The notes below the pieces were generated by a model. The model was given only the letters and a program-made list of their open reading frames with translations, was not told the DNA's origin and searched no databases. From positions 11,384-75,383 of the forward strand of contig JAZLCJ010000016.1 of NCBI GenBank assembly GCA_045614185.1: a stretch of 64,000 nucleotides of DNA, written 5' to 3'. This document shows, in pieces, positions 46,832-57,206 of this stretch (position 1 is the first letter of the stretch; the number at the start of each line of letters is the position of its first letter). The stretch is from Christensenellaceae bacterium. GTDB taxonomy: Bacteria; Bacillota; Clostridia; Christensenellales; Borkfalkiaceae. The translations under genes were made by a program, and so were the position numbers.

Positions 46832-47617
46832 ATGAAGGTTAGGTTAGATGCTTATCTTGTAAAAGAAGGGTATTTTGATTCACGTACTAAAGCAAAGCAA
46901 GCAATAGAACGTGGTGAAGTTTTGGTAAACTCAAAAACGATAGATAAATCCTCTTTTTTGATAGATGATTATGTGTCACATAATATAAAATTGGTTATGC
47001 AAGAAGAGTTTGTTTCACTTGGCGGATATAAACTTAGTAAGGCTATAAAAGATTTTAATTTTAATTGTAAAGATTTAATATGTGCTGACATTGGGGCAAG
47101 TACTGGTGGCTTTACTGATTGTCTTTTGCAAAATGGTGCAAAACGCGTTTATACCGTTGATTTAAATGATGATTTACTACACAAAAATTTAAAAAGCAAC
47201 GATAGAGTTTACACTATAATTAAAAACGCAAAAGATCTAGCAATTTGTGATTTTGATAATGAAATAGACTTACTTGTTGCAGATCTTAGTTTTATTTCTG
47301 TTACTATGGTTATGCCTGTGTTTTCACAACTTGTTAAAAGTGGTAAACACGTTATTTTATTGATTAAACCGCAATTTGAAACAGGCGCTAAAACACGTTT
47401 TAAGAACGGTATAATTAGAGATAAAAAATTAAAAATTAAAGCGTGTGAAGACGTATATAATTGTGCTATAAATAACGGTTTTTCACCAATAGCTGTTACT
47501 TTTGCACCTTTATCAAAAGAAAAAAACACGGAATTTTTAATGTTGTTTAGAAAAGACGGGGAAATATCCTTGTCGCTTGATGCGTTGCATAATTTTTTTA
47601 ATATTCACAAATTTTGA
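46832..47617 (+). CDS. tlyA: TlyA-family rRNA (cytidine-2'-O)-methyltransferase
   Basis: N-terminal S4 domain (RLDAYLV) plus FtsJ-like DIGASTGGFTD. Confidence 0.85.
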   Translation: MKVRLDAYLVKEGYFDSRTKAKQAIERGEVLVNSKTIDKSSFLIDDYVSHNIKLVMQEEFVSLGGYKLSKAIKDFNFNCKDLICADIGASTGGFTDCLLQNGAKRVYTVDLNDDLLHKNLKSNDRVYTIIKNAKDLAICDFDNEIDLLVADLSFISVTMVMPVFSQLVKSGKHVILLIKPQFETGAKTRFKNGIIRDKKLKIKACEDVYNCAINNGFSPIAVTFAPLSKEKNTEFLMLFRKDGEISLSLDALHNFFNIHKF

Positions 47618-47674
47618 ATATTTGTTGAAATATTTTTTATTTTATGTTATTATGGTTATAGACTTAGGTGAATT

Positions 47675-48490
47675 ATGAAAGTTTTTATTTATGATAACAA
47701 AGAAAAAGATTGTGGTGGTAAGTACCTTTCTGAATTAAAAAGTTTATTAGATGGTGCCTCAATCGAATATGAACAAATTTTTGATCATGACTTAAAATTA
47801 AAAAAAAGTGCTGATGCCATTTTTACTTTGGGTGGTGATGGTACTATTTTGTGGATTGTTGAATTTGCAAATGAAAATAATATTCCTATAATTGGCATTA
47901 ACGTAGGTAAGGTTGGGTTTTTAACTGAGTTTGAACGATTAGAAATGGCTGAGGCTGTTGACTTGTTTAAGAATAATCAACTTAATCTTGAAGAAAGGCT
48001 TACTTTAGAAGTAACGGTTGGTGATTGCAAAACCTGCGCGCTTAATGATGCTTACATTCAACGTGTTTATTCTGAAAGTGTTGGTTGTATGACTGCTGAA
48101 ATTTCCGTTAAGATTGACGGAATTACTGCATCTAATTTTAAGGGCGATGGTGTTATTGTTAGTTCACCAACAGGTTCAACGGCATATAATTTATCAGTTG
48201 GTGGTTCTATTTTGTCACCAGAAATTAAAGCGCTTTCTGTTTCGCCAATTGCAGCCCACACTTTAGGTTTAAGATCGATTGTTTTTTCTGATAAATCTAT
48301 CTGTACTTTAGAATTTACTGGTAAAGCAAATGGTATGCTCTTTGTTGATGGAAGACTTGTTTGTAATGTCGGCTTAAATGATGTTGTTGAAGTTAAAGGC
48401 GCATCTGTTTCAACTAAATTTTTGCGCAGAAATGATTATAATTTCTATAAAAAGTTATCATTAAAACTTAAAAACGGGTTTCAGGGTTAG
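47675..48490 (+). CDS. nadK: NAD kinase
   Basis: LGGDGT motif and SSPTGSTAYNLS. Confidence 0.9.
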   Translation: MKVFIYDNKEKDCGGKYLSELKSLLDGASIEYEQIFDHDLKLKKSADAIFTLGGDGTILWIVEFANENNIPIIGINVGKVGFLTEFERLEMAEAVDLFKNNQLNLEERLTLEVTVGDCKTCALNDAYIQRVYSESVGCMTAEISVKIDGITASNFKGDGVIVSSPTGSTAYNLSVGGSILSPEIKALSVSPIAAHTLGLRSIVFSDKSICTLEFTGKANGMLFVDGRLVCNVGLNDVVEVKGASVSTKFLRRNDYNFYKKLSLKLKNGFQG

Positions 48491-48497
48491 GTGAATT

Positions 48498-48944
48498 ATG
48501 ACTAAAAAGCAACGTATTGCTATTATAGAAAAATTAATAAATGATAATGAAGTTTCTACTCAAGAAGAATTGACTGAACTTCTTAACAAAAGTGGATATG
48601 ATGTTTCTCAATCTACTATTTCAAGAGATATAAATGAACTAAATTTAATAAAGGTTGAAGGAATTCAAAAAAAATATAAGTATGCGAAAGCAGAAACTTC
48701 AAGTGAAAAACTTACACCTCAAATTATAAGTTTATTTAAACAAGTAACTTTATCAATGGCTTGTGCAAATAATCTTATTGTAATTAAAACTTTAGCGGGT
48801 AATGCAAGCGCTGCTGGTATGGCTCTTGATGAAATGCATTTATCACAAGTTTTAGGAACTATTGCAGGGGACGATACCTTACTTGTTGTGGCAAAAAATA
48901 ATACTGATGCAGAAATAATTATCAAAAGTTTAAGGACTCTTTAA
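48498..48944 (+). CDS. argR: arginine repressor
   Basis: wHTH (SQSTISRDINEL) and C-terminal GTIAGDDT. Confidence 0.9.
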   Translation: MTKKQRIAIIEKLINDNEVSTQEELTELLNKSGYDVSQSTISRDINELNLIKVEGIQKKYKYAKAETSSEKLTPQIISLFKQVTLSMACANNLIVIKTLAGNASAAGMALDEMHLSQVLGTIAGDDTLLVVAKNNTDAEIIIKSLRTL

Positions 48945-50644
48945 TGCTTAAAACTCTCACTATTAAAAACATCGCTCTAATAGATAGCGTGCAAATAGAT
49001 TTTACGAACGGACTTAACGTTCTTTCGGGCGAAACAGGTGCTGGTAAATCAGTTATCATTGAGTCGCTCAATTTTGTGCTTGGCGCAAAATCTGATAAAT
49101 CTTATATTCGTAGTGGTGAGAATGAGTGCTTTGCTAAAGCTGAATTTGATATTTCTGAAAATAGTGCCGTAAAAAGCGTATTAAACGAGTTTGATATTGA
49201 GTTTGACGACTCATTGATTTTATCAAGAAAATTGACTGTAGATGGCAAAAACACCGTTAAAATTAACGGTGAAAGTGCTACGGTTGGCATGTTAAAAAGG
49301 TTAACGACACATCTTGTAGACGTGCATGGTCAAAGCGAACATTTTTATTTGCTTAAAAGTTCTAATCAACTTAGTTTACTTGATAAGTTTTGTGGTGATG
49401 AAGTCTTTGCGTTAAAAAAAGATATTGAAACAAAATATACACAATATAAATGTATATGCTCATCACTTGATGATTTAGGTGGCGATGAAAGTCAACGCCT
49501 TGTTCGCTTGGATATTTTGAATTATCAAATTAACGAAATTGAAAGATGTGATTTAAAAGATGGAGAAGAAGACGAATTAAAGGAAATTAAAGAAAAACTT
49601 CTTCATCAAGAAAAGATTTTAAACGCTTTATCCGTGATTAAGGGCGTTATTAAAGATGAAGGTGGGGTAAGCGACGTATTTGGTAATGCTGCCCGTGCAA
49701 TTTCTTCTATTGCTAATATTGATGCTACTTATCAAGCCTTAAACGAGCGAATTGACGCGGTTTACGCTGAACTTGACGATATAGGCGACACCGCAAGTGA
49801 TATGTTAAACGACCTTGATTTTGGTCAGTATGATGCGGATAGCATTGAAGATAGGCTTGAAACAATTAAGTCATTAAAGAAAAAGTATGGAAACGGTTAT
49901 AGTGAGATACAAAATTTCTTAAAGAATGCTGTTGAAGAGAAAGAAAAACTTGAAAACTTTAATGAAACGGCGCAAAAACTTCTTGATGATAAAAAGCGTT
50001 TAGAAAACGTTTTATATATAGATTATTGTACGCTTAGTAATTTAAGGCGTAACGGCGCACAAAAGTTTACAACCAACGTGTTAAATGAACTTTGTGAACT
50101 TGGTATGAACAAAGCCACATTTAGCGTTGAATTTAACGATATTGTATCGCAAGAAGAGTGTGAATTTAACTCTTCTAATGGTTTTGATAAAACTGAGTTT
50201 ATGTTTTCAGCAAACCTTGGTGAGCCGTTAAAATCATTATCAAGTGTTATTAGTGGCGGTGAAATGAGTAGATTTATGCTCGCTATTAAAGCGCAAACTG
50301 CTAAATATAATGATATTTCAACGTTTATTTTTGATGAAATTGATGCCGGAATAAGCGGTGCTGTTGCAAAAGTTGTTGGTGAAAAATTTGTTAAAATCGC
50401 TAAAGACGTTCAAATTATTGCAATTTCACATCTTCCGCAAATATCGGTAATGGCTGATAATAATTTACTTATCGTTAAGCGTGAAGATGGACAAAAAACG
50501 TTTACTACAGTTAACTGTTTAAGTGCTGAACAAAAGATAAACGAAATAATTAGGCTTGTTGGCGGTGATATAAATAGCGAGTCGGCTAAAAACCATGCTG
50601 TTGAGTTAATAGACAGCGCTAATAAATTTAAAAAATCAATATAA
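48944..50644 (+). CDS. recN: DNA repair protein RecN
   Basis: Walker A GETGAGKS, a long coiled coil, and signature SGGEMSR / FDEIDAGI. Confidence 0.95.
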   Translation: MLKTLTIKNIALIDSVQIDFTNGLNVLSGETGAGKSVIIESLNFVLGAKSDKSYIRSGENECFAKAEFDISENSAVKSVLNEFDIEFDDSLILSRKLTVDGKNTVKINGESATVGMLKRLTTHLVDVHGQSEHFYLLKSSNQLSLLDKFCGDEVFALKKDIETKYTQYKCICSSLDDLGGDESQRLVRLDILNYQINEIERCDLKDGEEDELKEIKEKLLHQEKILNALSVIKGVIKDEGGVSDVFGNAARAISSIANIDATYQALNERIDAVYAELDDIGDTASDMLNDLDFGQYDADSIEDRLETIKSLKKKYGNGYSEIQNFLKNAVEEKEKLENFNETAQKLLDDKKRLENVLYIDYCTLSNLRRNGAQKFTTNVLNELCELGMNKATFSVEFNDIVSQEECEFNSSNGFDKTEFMFSANLGEPLKSLSSVISGGEMSRFMLAIKAQTAKYNDISTFIFDEIDAGISGAVAKVVGEKFVKIAKDVQIIAISHLPQISVMADNNLLIVKREDGQKTFTTVNCLSAEQKINEIIRLVGGDINSESAKNHAVELIDSANKFKKSI

Positions 50645-50660
50645 TTATATAAAAACATTA

Positions 50661-50687
50661 AAACCACTCTTTTAGGGTGGTTTTTTT
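50661..50687 (+). terminator. rho-independent terminator
   Basis: CCACTC-TTTTA-GGGTGG followed by T7. Confidence 0.75.
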
Positions 50688-50734
50688 GTATAAAAAATTT
50701 TAAATTACAAATTCTAAGTTGAGTAGGAGAATAT

Positions 50735-51721
50735 ATGAAGGGAAAAATCAAGTTTTTAAGTTTAATCTTAGTAGTTTTAGCGCTTGTTACTTGTTTGAAT
50801 TTTAATAATGTTAGAGCAGATAATTTTGATAATAAATTATACTTAGGTGGTATGCCTGCAGGTTTTTCTATACAAACGCGAGGCGCTAACATTGTTGGGC
50901 TTTGCGACGTTGTTTCTAATGATGGAGTTAAAAGCCCCTCAAAAGATGCTGATATTAGAATTGGTGATGTAATTTTGTCAATTGACAATACTGAAATCAA
51001 TTGTGCTAGTGATATTGAAAATGCAATAAATAATAAAACGGAAGTTGTTTTATTAATAAATCGTTGTGGAGAAAAACTTATTAAAAATATTAAGCCCGCT
51101 AAGGATAGTAGCGGAAAAAGTAAACTTGGTGTTTTTGTTAAAGATGACGTATGTGGTATTGGAACGATAACTTTTATAAAGGGCGATAGTTTTGCATCCT
51201 TAGGGCATCCCGTTATAAATGATGACGGAAATATTGCTAATATTATAAACGGTAATATTTTCAAATGTAATATTTCTGGCTGTGTTAAAGGTGAAAGAGG
51301 CAAACCTGGTGAACTTAAAGGTATGTTTTTAAAAACAAATTCTATTGGATCGATAGAAAAAAATACAGAACGTGGTGTTTATGGGAAAATTAGCCAATCT
51401 TTTGATAAAAGCAAGTTATTAGAAATTGCAACTGGTGAGGCCACAATGGGTGATGCTACTATTTTTACAACCGTTAAAGGTAGTGAACCAAAAAAATATA
51501 ATATTTCTATTATAAAAATAGACAATGAAAACGGCTGTAAGAATTTTGTAATTAAAATTACGGACAAAAATTTGCTTCAAATTACAAATGGTATAGTACA
51601 GGGAATGAGTGGCAGTCCTATTGTTCAAAATGGAAAACTTATCGGTGCGGTAACACACGTGTTTATCAACGACCCAACACGAGGGTTTGGTATATCAATA
51701 AACAATATGCTAAATAATTAG
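50735..51721 (+). CDS. spoIVB: SpoIVB peptidase (S55)
   Basis: Signal anchor, PDZ domain (GDVILSIDN), GIGTITF...SLGH and GMSGSPI. recN-spoIVB synteny. Confidence 0.85.
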   Translation: MKGKIKFLSLILVVLALVTCLNFNNVRADNFDNKLYLGGMPAGFSIQTRGANIVGLCDVVSNDGVKSPSKDADIRIGDVILSIDNTEINCASDIENAINNKTEVVLLINRCGEKLIKNIKPAKDSSGKSKLGVFVKDDVCGIGTITFIKGDSFASLGHPVINDDGNIANIINGNIFKCNISGCVKGERGKPGELKGMFLKTNSIGSIEKNTERGVYGKISQSFDKSKLLEIATGEATMGDATIFTTVKGSEPKKYNISIIKIDNENGCKNFVIKITDKNLLQITNGIVQGMSGSPIVQNGKLIGAVTHVFINDPTRGFGISINNMLNN

Positions 51722-51786
51722 TAAAATAATATTTATTTTTAAGTTGAATATGTCACGCATAATTTACATATAACGGAGGTTTAATA

Positions 51787-52956
51787 ATGAAAACTAAGAT
51801 TACTATTATTGTTTTATTAATGACGTTTATAATCGCGGTAAGTAGTTTGTTTGGATATACTAAAAAAACGGCTTTAGCACAAGAAAATAATATTAAAAGT
51901 GACTGTGCATATTTGATTGACGCTGATACTAAGTCAGTCATTTATGCTAAAAATGAAAATGATAAAAAACCTATTGCAAGTATGTGTAAAATAATGACTT
52001 TGTTATTAACTTTTGAAGCGATTAAAAATGGTGAACTATCATTTGATGATAAAATTGTTGTTAGTGAAAATGCTTCTGGGATGGGTGGCTCGCAGGTTTT
52101 TTTAGAAGAGAATGGAGAGTATTTAGTAAGTGATTTAATTAAAGGTATAGTTGTTGCGTCGGCAAATGATGCATGTGTTGCTATTGCTGAAAGATTATGT
52201 GGAACGGAAAGTGCTTTTGTTGATAAAATGAATGAAAAGGTAAAAGAGCTTGGTATGGAAAACACAATTTTTTCTAACTGCACAGGATTGCCAAAACCAA
52301 CTCAATATTCAACAGCTAAAGACGTTGCAACAATGTTTAGCGAGTTAATTAAACATGAAGATTATTTTAATTATTCTAAAATTTGGATTGATAAAATTCC
52401 GCACCCTAATAGTAGATTTACTGAGATATCAAACACAAATAAATTAGTTCGTTTTTATAACGGTTGTGATGGTGGAAAAACCGGTTACACCACAGAGGCT
52501 GGACATTGTTTAACGGCATCAGCTAAAAGAAATGGAACAAGATTGATTGGTGTGGTTATTTGCGCACCCGACTCAAAAACAAGATTTAACGATGTTTCTT
52601 CAATGTTTAATTATGGATTTTCTAATTATGAAACAAAAACTATTATTGATGCAAGTAAGCCATTAGAAATAAAGGCAAACATCAAAGGCGGAAAAGAGGA
52701 ATGTGTTAAAATAATTGCTCAAAACGACGTAAAATTATTTAATAAAAAGAATGAAAAACGAGCGGTTGAATTTTCTTTTATAGCAAACAAAAAATTAACT
52801 GCACCGATAAAAAAGGGTGATGTTTTAGGTGAAATAATTGTATTTGAAAATAATAAAGAAATTGCAAAAGTAAATGCACTTGCATATTGTGACGTTAAAG
52901 AAAAGAATTATTATGACAATTTGAAAGATATTATATTAAACTGGGCGCTTATTTAA
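51787..52956 (+). CDS. D-alanyl-D-alanine carboxypeptidase (S11, DacB/DacF-like)
   Basis: SMCK (SxxK), SAN (SxN) and KTGYT (KTG) motifs, plus a signal peptide. Confidence 0.85.
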   Translation: MKTKITIIVLLMTFIIAVSSLFGYTKKTALAQENNIKSDCAYLIDADTKSVIYAKNENDKKPIASMCKIMTLLLTFEAIKNGELSFDDKIVVSENASGMGGSQVFLEENGEYLVSDLIKGIVVASANDACVAIAERLCGTESAFVDKMNEKVKELGMENTIFSNCTGLPKPTQYSTAKDVATMFSELIKHEDYFNYSKIWIDKIPHPNSRFTEISNTNKLVRFYNGCDGGKTGYTTEAGHCLTASAKRNGTRLIGVVICAPDSKTRFNDVSSMFNYGFSNYETKTIIDASKPLEIKANIKGGKEECVKIIAQNDVKLFNKKNEKRAVEFSFIANKKLTAPIKKGDVLGEIIVFENNKEIAKVNALAYCDVKEKNYYDNLKDIILNWALI

Positions 52957-52967
52957 GCGCCTTTTTT
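52944..52967 (+). terminator. rho-independent terminator overlapping the stop codon
   Basis: GGCGCTT-ATTT-AAGCGCC followed by T6. Confidence 0.8.
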
Positions 52968-53073
52968 GATATAAGTATAATTTAACTAAGTGATAATAAA
53001 TTTTACTAATCATAATCTTGCAATTTCTTTAAATTTTTGTTAAAATAAAGAAAAAAGTTAGGTGATTTTACTT

Positions 53074-54375
53074 ATGAATCAACGTGATACATTAAAAAAT
53101 AATAACGGTGTTTTAGAAATTGGTGGAATATCTGCAACACAACTTGCAAAAGAATTTGGCACACCTTTATACGTAATGGACCAAGCGTATATTGAAAACA
53201 TGTGTAAAATTTATAAACAAACGCTTGAAGAAGAATATGGTGATGGTCTTATTTGTTATGCATCTAAAGCGTTCAGTTGTAAAGAAATTTATAGAATTGT
53301 TAATAATGCAGGCATTGGCGCTGATACTGTTTCAGCGGGTGAGATATATACCGCAAAATCAGTTGATTTTCCTATGGGGAAAATATGTTTTCACGGAAAT
53401 AATAAAACTAAAAGTGAGCTTGAATTTGCAGTAAAGAGCGGTGTTGGATTCATTGTTTTAGATGCATATACTGAGGCTGATGATCTTGATGGTATTTGCA
53501 GAGAACTTAACAAAAAACAAAAGGTTTTAATTAGAGTAAACCCTGGTGTTGAAGCGCATACACATCATTACATTCAAACTGCAAAAGTTGATTCAAAGTT
53601 TGGTTTTTCAATTGATAGTGGTGAGGCTATAAATATTGTTGAATACGTAAGCAAAAAAGAAAACCTTGAACTTTGCGGTTTGCATTGTCATATCGGCTCA
53701 CAAATTTTTGAATCTAAATCCTTTGCTTTAGCAGTTGAAAAAATGACGTCTTTTTATAAAACTGTAAAGGCTGAATTAGGTATTGAATTTAGCGTAATTA
53801 ATATGGGCGGTGGCTTTGGTATTTATTACGCTGAAGACGACGCTAAAAAAACTTGTGAAGAATATGCTGAATATATAAAAATTATTGCTAAAGAATTAAA
53901 GTATAACGTTATCGTTAAAGGGATTAATAAGCCGTTTTTAATTTTAGAACCAGGCCGTTCTATTGTTGGCGAAGCAGGCGTAACGCTCTATACGGCAGGA
54001 AGAATTAAAGATATTAAAGGTGTAAAAAAATACGTTTCCATTGACGGTGGTATGTTTGATAACCCAAGATTTGCGCTTTATCAAGCAAAGTATACTGTTG
54101 TTGCCGCTGAAAAACTTAATGAAAAAAATACTGAAGTTTATTCAATTGCGGGCAAGTGTTGTGAAAGTGGCGATATTATTGCTGAAGATTGTTCTTTGCC
54201 TAAAATCAATGAAGGTGATTTAATTGCTGTATTGTCTACGGGTGCATATAATTACTCTATGTCAAGTAACTATAATAGAAATTTAGTTCCACCAGTAGTT
54301 ATGGTAAAAGACGGAGTTGCTAAATATGCAGTAAAACCTCAAACTTTTGAAGATTTATTACGCAACGATATATAA
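53074..54375 (+). CDS. lysA: diaminopimelate decarboxylase
   Basis: Orn/DAP/Arg decarboxylase family 2 motifs (YASKAF, GGGFGI, CCESGD). AGGTGA RBS before the ATG at 53074. Confidence 0.9.
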   Translation: MNQRDTLKNNNGVLEIGGISATQLAKEFGTPLYVMDQAYIENMCKIYKQTLEEEYGDGLICYASKAFSCKEIYRIVNNAGIGADTVSAGEIYTAKSVDFPMGKICFHGNNKTKSELEFAVKSGVGFIVLDAYTEADDLDGICRELNKKQKVLIRVNPGVEAHTHHYIQTAKVDSKFGFSIDSGEAINIVEYVSKKENLELCGLHCHIGSQIFESKSFALAVEKMTSFYKTVKAELGIEFSVINMGGGFGIYYAEDDAKKTCEEYAEYIKIIAKELKYNVIVKGINKPFLILEPGRSIVGEAGVTLYTAGRIKDIKGVKKYVSIDGGMFDNPRFALYQAKYTVVAAEKLNEKNTEVYSIAGKCCESGDIIAEDCSLPKINEGDLIAVLSTGAYNYSMSSNYNRNLVPPVVMVKDGVAKYAVKPQTFEDLLRNDI

Positions 54376-54379
54376 AACA

Positions 54380-54409
54380 AAAAACGCTTAATAACCTTAA
54401 GCGTTTTTT
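54380..54409 (+). terminator. rho-independent terminator
   Basis: ACGCTTAA-TAACC-TTAAGCGT followed by T6. Confidence 0.85.
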
Positions 54410-54467
54410 CTTGCTATTTTTTAAAAATTATTATATAATAATTTTGATAATTATAAGGAGAATAGAT

Positions 54468-55145
54468 TTGCCTGAAAGAATTTTAGATTATATAGCCAAA
54501 TTTTTGGCACTTATAGTTGTGTTGCCACTTCACGAATTTGCTCATGCGTTCGTCGCTGTAAAATGTGGTGATCCTACTCCAAAAATGTATGGTAGATATA
54601 CTTTAAACCCTTTGGCTCATTTTGACATATGGGGGCTTGTTTGCTTTTTATTTGCTGGTTTCGGTTGGGCAAAACCCGTACCTGTAAATCCTTATAATTT
54701 TAGGCATTATAAAAAGGGTAGTTTTTTAGTCGCAATTGCTGGTGTTACTTGTAACTATCTTTTGGCGTTTTTAATTTTTCCAATAGCATATTATTTTGTT
54801 TGGATGTTGCCTGAATTTGGATATTTTACGCTTGTTTTGCGCGATACACTTATGTATATAGTAGGGTTTAGTTTGTCCTTTTTTGTGTTTAATCTTATAC
54901 CGGTGTATCCGCTTGATGGTTTTAGAGCGCTTGACGTTTTTGTCAAAAGGCAAAATAAGTTTTATTTGTTTTTAAGAACTAAAGGCATTTATCTTTTATA
55001 TGCTTTATTTGCTTTGAGTATTTTTGCAGATTTTACTGGATTTTATTATTTAGACGTGTTCGGCAATTTTATGAATACAGTTGTTGGCTTTATTTCTAAG
55101 CCAATTACTTTGTTTTGGGATTTTGTATTAAAGGGGGTAATGTAA
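54468..55145 (+). CDS. site-2 protease (M50) family membrane metalloprotease
   Basis: HEFAHAF zinc motif and LIPVYPLDG. AAGGAGA RBS 5 nt before the TTG at 54468. The track start at 54411 lies within the lysA terminator. Confidence 0.7.
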   Translation: MPERILDYIAKFLALIVVLPLHEFAHAFVAVKCGDPTPKMYGRYTLNPLAHFDIWGLVCFLFAGFGWAKPVPVNPYNFRHYKKGSFLVAIAGVTCNYLLAFLIFPIAYYFVWMLPEFGYFTLVLRDTLMYIVGFSLSFFVFNLIPVYPLDGFRALDVFVKRQNKFYLFLRTKGIYLLYALFALSIFADFTGFYYLDVFGNFMNTVVGFISKPITLFWDFVLKGVM

Positions 55146-55915
55146 TGGCTGAATTTGAATCAGTGGTGGATTATTCTACAAAACTTGATAATTTTGAAGG
55201 TCCAATTGACTTATTGCTCCATTTAATTAAAGAGGCAAAAATTGAGATTAAAGACGTTTTTGTTTCGCAAGTAACCGAACAGTTTTTGCAGTACATAGAG
55301 GGCGTTAATCAACTTGACGTAGATAAGGCAAGCGAATATCTTAATATGGCTGCAACGCTTTTAGAAATTAAATCTAAATCAATATTACCCAAGGTTGAAG
55401 ATTATCTTGAAGATATTGAAGACCCAGAAACTGCGCTTATAAGACAACTTGAAGAATATAAATTATTCAAAGAGGCAAGCGAAAAACTAAAAGAACAAGA
55501 AAACGTTCTACGCTTTTACAAAGAACCAGATAAATCTGTTGGCGATGTTAAGGTTGTTTACAACGACTTTAATCTTGACGGTTTAATTGCTGCATTTTCA
55601 AAACTTTTAATGCGTGTTGATGATAAAAAAAGGCAAGAAAATACGCTTAAAGAAATACCTAAAGAAGTGTTTACCGTAAAAGATAAGGTTGACCATATAA
55701 GAAGTGTTTTGCTTGATAAAAAAGAATCAAGTTTCTTTGAGTTGTTTTCATCATATTACACCAAAAATGAACTTATAACGACCTTTCAAGCGATGCTTGA
55801 ACTATTAAAACTTCAATATATTGCCGTGTCACAAAACGGCGTTTTTGACGATATTACAATTACTTTAAGAGAGGATAGAAATGAAGAACTTGGAGAAATT
55901 GACGAGTATAATTGA
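55145..55915 (+). CDS. scpA: segregation and condensation protein A
   Basis: FEGPIDLLLHLI motif. TAATG overlap with the upstream gene. Confidence 0.9.
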   Translation: MAEFESVVDYSTKLDNFEGPIDLLLHLIKEAKIEIKDVFVSQVTEQFLQYIEGVNQLDVDKASEYLNMAATLLEIKSKSILPKVEDYLEDIEDPETALIRQLEEYKLFKEASEKLKEQENVLRFYKEPDKSVGDVKVVYNDFNLDGLIAAFSKLLMRVDDKKRQENTLKEIPKEVFTVKDKVDHIRSVLLDKKESSFFELFSSYYTKNELITTFQAMLELLKLQYIAVSQNGVFDDITITLREDRNEELGEIDEYN

Positions 55916-56591
55916 GTCTATTTTATTTGTTTCTGGCATGCAAGTTGCAATTTCAGATATTGCTGAAAAACTTGGGGTTTCGGACAAAGAAATTATGTCA
56001 GCAGTTAAAGTATTAAAAGAAAAATACTCGGGCGAAAGCGGAATTCAATTGTTAGTTTTTAATAAAAAATTACAATTTTGTTCTAATCCTAATAATGCTG
56101 AAGAAGTTTCTTCCGTTCTTAATCCTATTAAAGAGCGTGAATTATCAAAGAGTATGTTAGAGGTTGCTGCAATTATTGCTTACAAACAGCCTGTAACAAG
56201 AATTGACCTTGAAGAAATCCGTGGTAACAGTGAATATGCTATTCAAAAACTTCTTGAACTTGGTGTTATCGAGCCTGTTGGAAGAAAAGATGCCGTTGGT
56301 AAGCCTGTTTTATTTGGCACTACGGACAAGTTCTTAAAGCGTTTTCAAATTTCTTCATTAGATGAACTTCCTGATTATGATGAATTGATAAATAAAATTC
56401 AAGTTATCCGTGGCAATCAACAAGAAGAAGATTATCTATATCATAAAGACGTATACGTTGCGGATGGTGAAAATGAAGTTGCTGCAACGGCTGTTTCTTC
56501 AAATGATGCTGAAGATGATTTTGAGCTTCCTGATATTGAAGATGAAGAAATACCAGAATTCTTAAAAGGTGAAGAAGTAGAAAAATTTTAA
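55881..56591 (+). CDS. scpB: segregation and condensation protein B
   Basis: IIESILFVSG...ITRIDLEEIRG pattern. Acidic C-terminal extension. Confidence 0.9.
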   Translation: MKNLEKLTSIIESILFVSGMQVAISDIAEKLGVSDKEIMSAVKVLKEKYSGESGIQLLVFNKKLQFCSNPNNAEEVSSVLNPIKERELSKSMLEVAAIIAYKQPVTRIDLEEIRGNSEYAIQKLLELGVIEPVGRKDAVGKPVLFGTTDKFLKRFQISSLDELPDYDELINKIQVIRGNQQEEDYLYHKDVYVADGENEVAATAVSSNDAEDDFELPDIEDEEIPEFLKGEEVEKF

Positions 56592-56606
56592 TCAATATAA
56601 CTAATT

Positions 56607-56637
56607 AAAAGCGCTAAACATAAGTTTAGCGCTTTTT
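56607..56637 (+). terminator. rho-independent terminator
   Basis: GCGCTAAAC-ATAA-GTTTAGCGC followed by T5. Confidence 0.85.
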
Positions 56638-56672
56638 GTATATTTTAAGTTGATTTTGCGGATATTATTATA

Positions 56673-57206
56673 GTGTTAACAGTAATATTGATATCCGTAA
56701 TAATTGTTATATTTCCGATATTTATAAGTGGAGAGTTTTATTTAAATAAAAACCAAATTAAACTTTTTTATAAAATTAAATTATTTGGAATTGTAAAAAT
56801 AATAGACGGATATGCCGAACTTATAGATGATGGTATAATATTGCACTTGACAAAAATGAAAGCTGTGTTATTACCGTATTCAAATATATTTGAAATTAAG
56901 AAAAAAGTTGAACCATTAAAAGATTATCACTTAATAAATGCAAATTTGACCTTAAATATTGGAATTGAAGACCTGTTATTTGCCACTTCTACGGCTTTTA
57001 CGGTAAATTACGTTTATAATTATTTACATTGGTTTTTAAGCCATTATAAGCCTTATTTTAACTTTAATAATAAGGTGCAAGTTTTTGTTGAACAACCAGT
57101 TTTTGAAGTTTTCTTTAATGGAACTGTTGTTTTTAATTTATTGATGGTTATTTTTAGTTTTATTAAAATTATGGTAGGTAAAATATTTTATGCGATTGCA
57201 AAATGA
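56673..57206 (+). CDS. DUF2953 / YtfI-like sporulation-associated membrane protein
   Basis: Called mainly from its position immediately upstream of ytfJ, its size, and N- and C-terminal TM helices. Confidence 0.45.
   Translation: MLTVILISVIIVIFPIFISGEFYLNKNQIKLFYKIKLFGIVKIIDGYAELIDDGIILHLTKMKAVLLPYSNIFEIKKKVEPLKDYHLINANLTLNIGIEDLLFATSTAFTVNYVYNYLHWFLSHYKPYFNFNNKVQVFVEQPVFEVFFNGTVVFNLLMVIFSFIKIMVGKIFYAIAK

Noticed and set aside
50410-51303. 297-aa minus-strand ORF antisense to the recN 3' end, the intergenic terminator and spoIVB
   Set aside because: It runs straight through a rho-independent terminator and two confidently identified plus-strand genes. Its low-complexity Leu/Ser/Pro/Ile composition is typical of the antisense frame of AT-rich coding DNA, and it has no RBS.
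52957-53073. Lysine (L-box) riboswitch upstream of lysA
   Set aside because: The gap is only about 115 nt, holds a terminator, and shows no L-box-like conserved helices or motifs.
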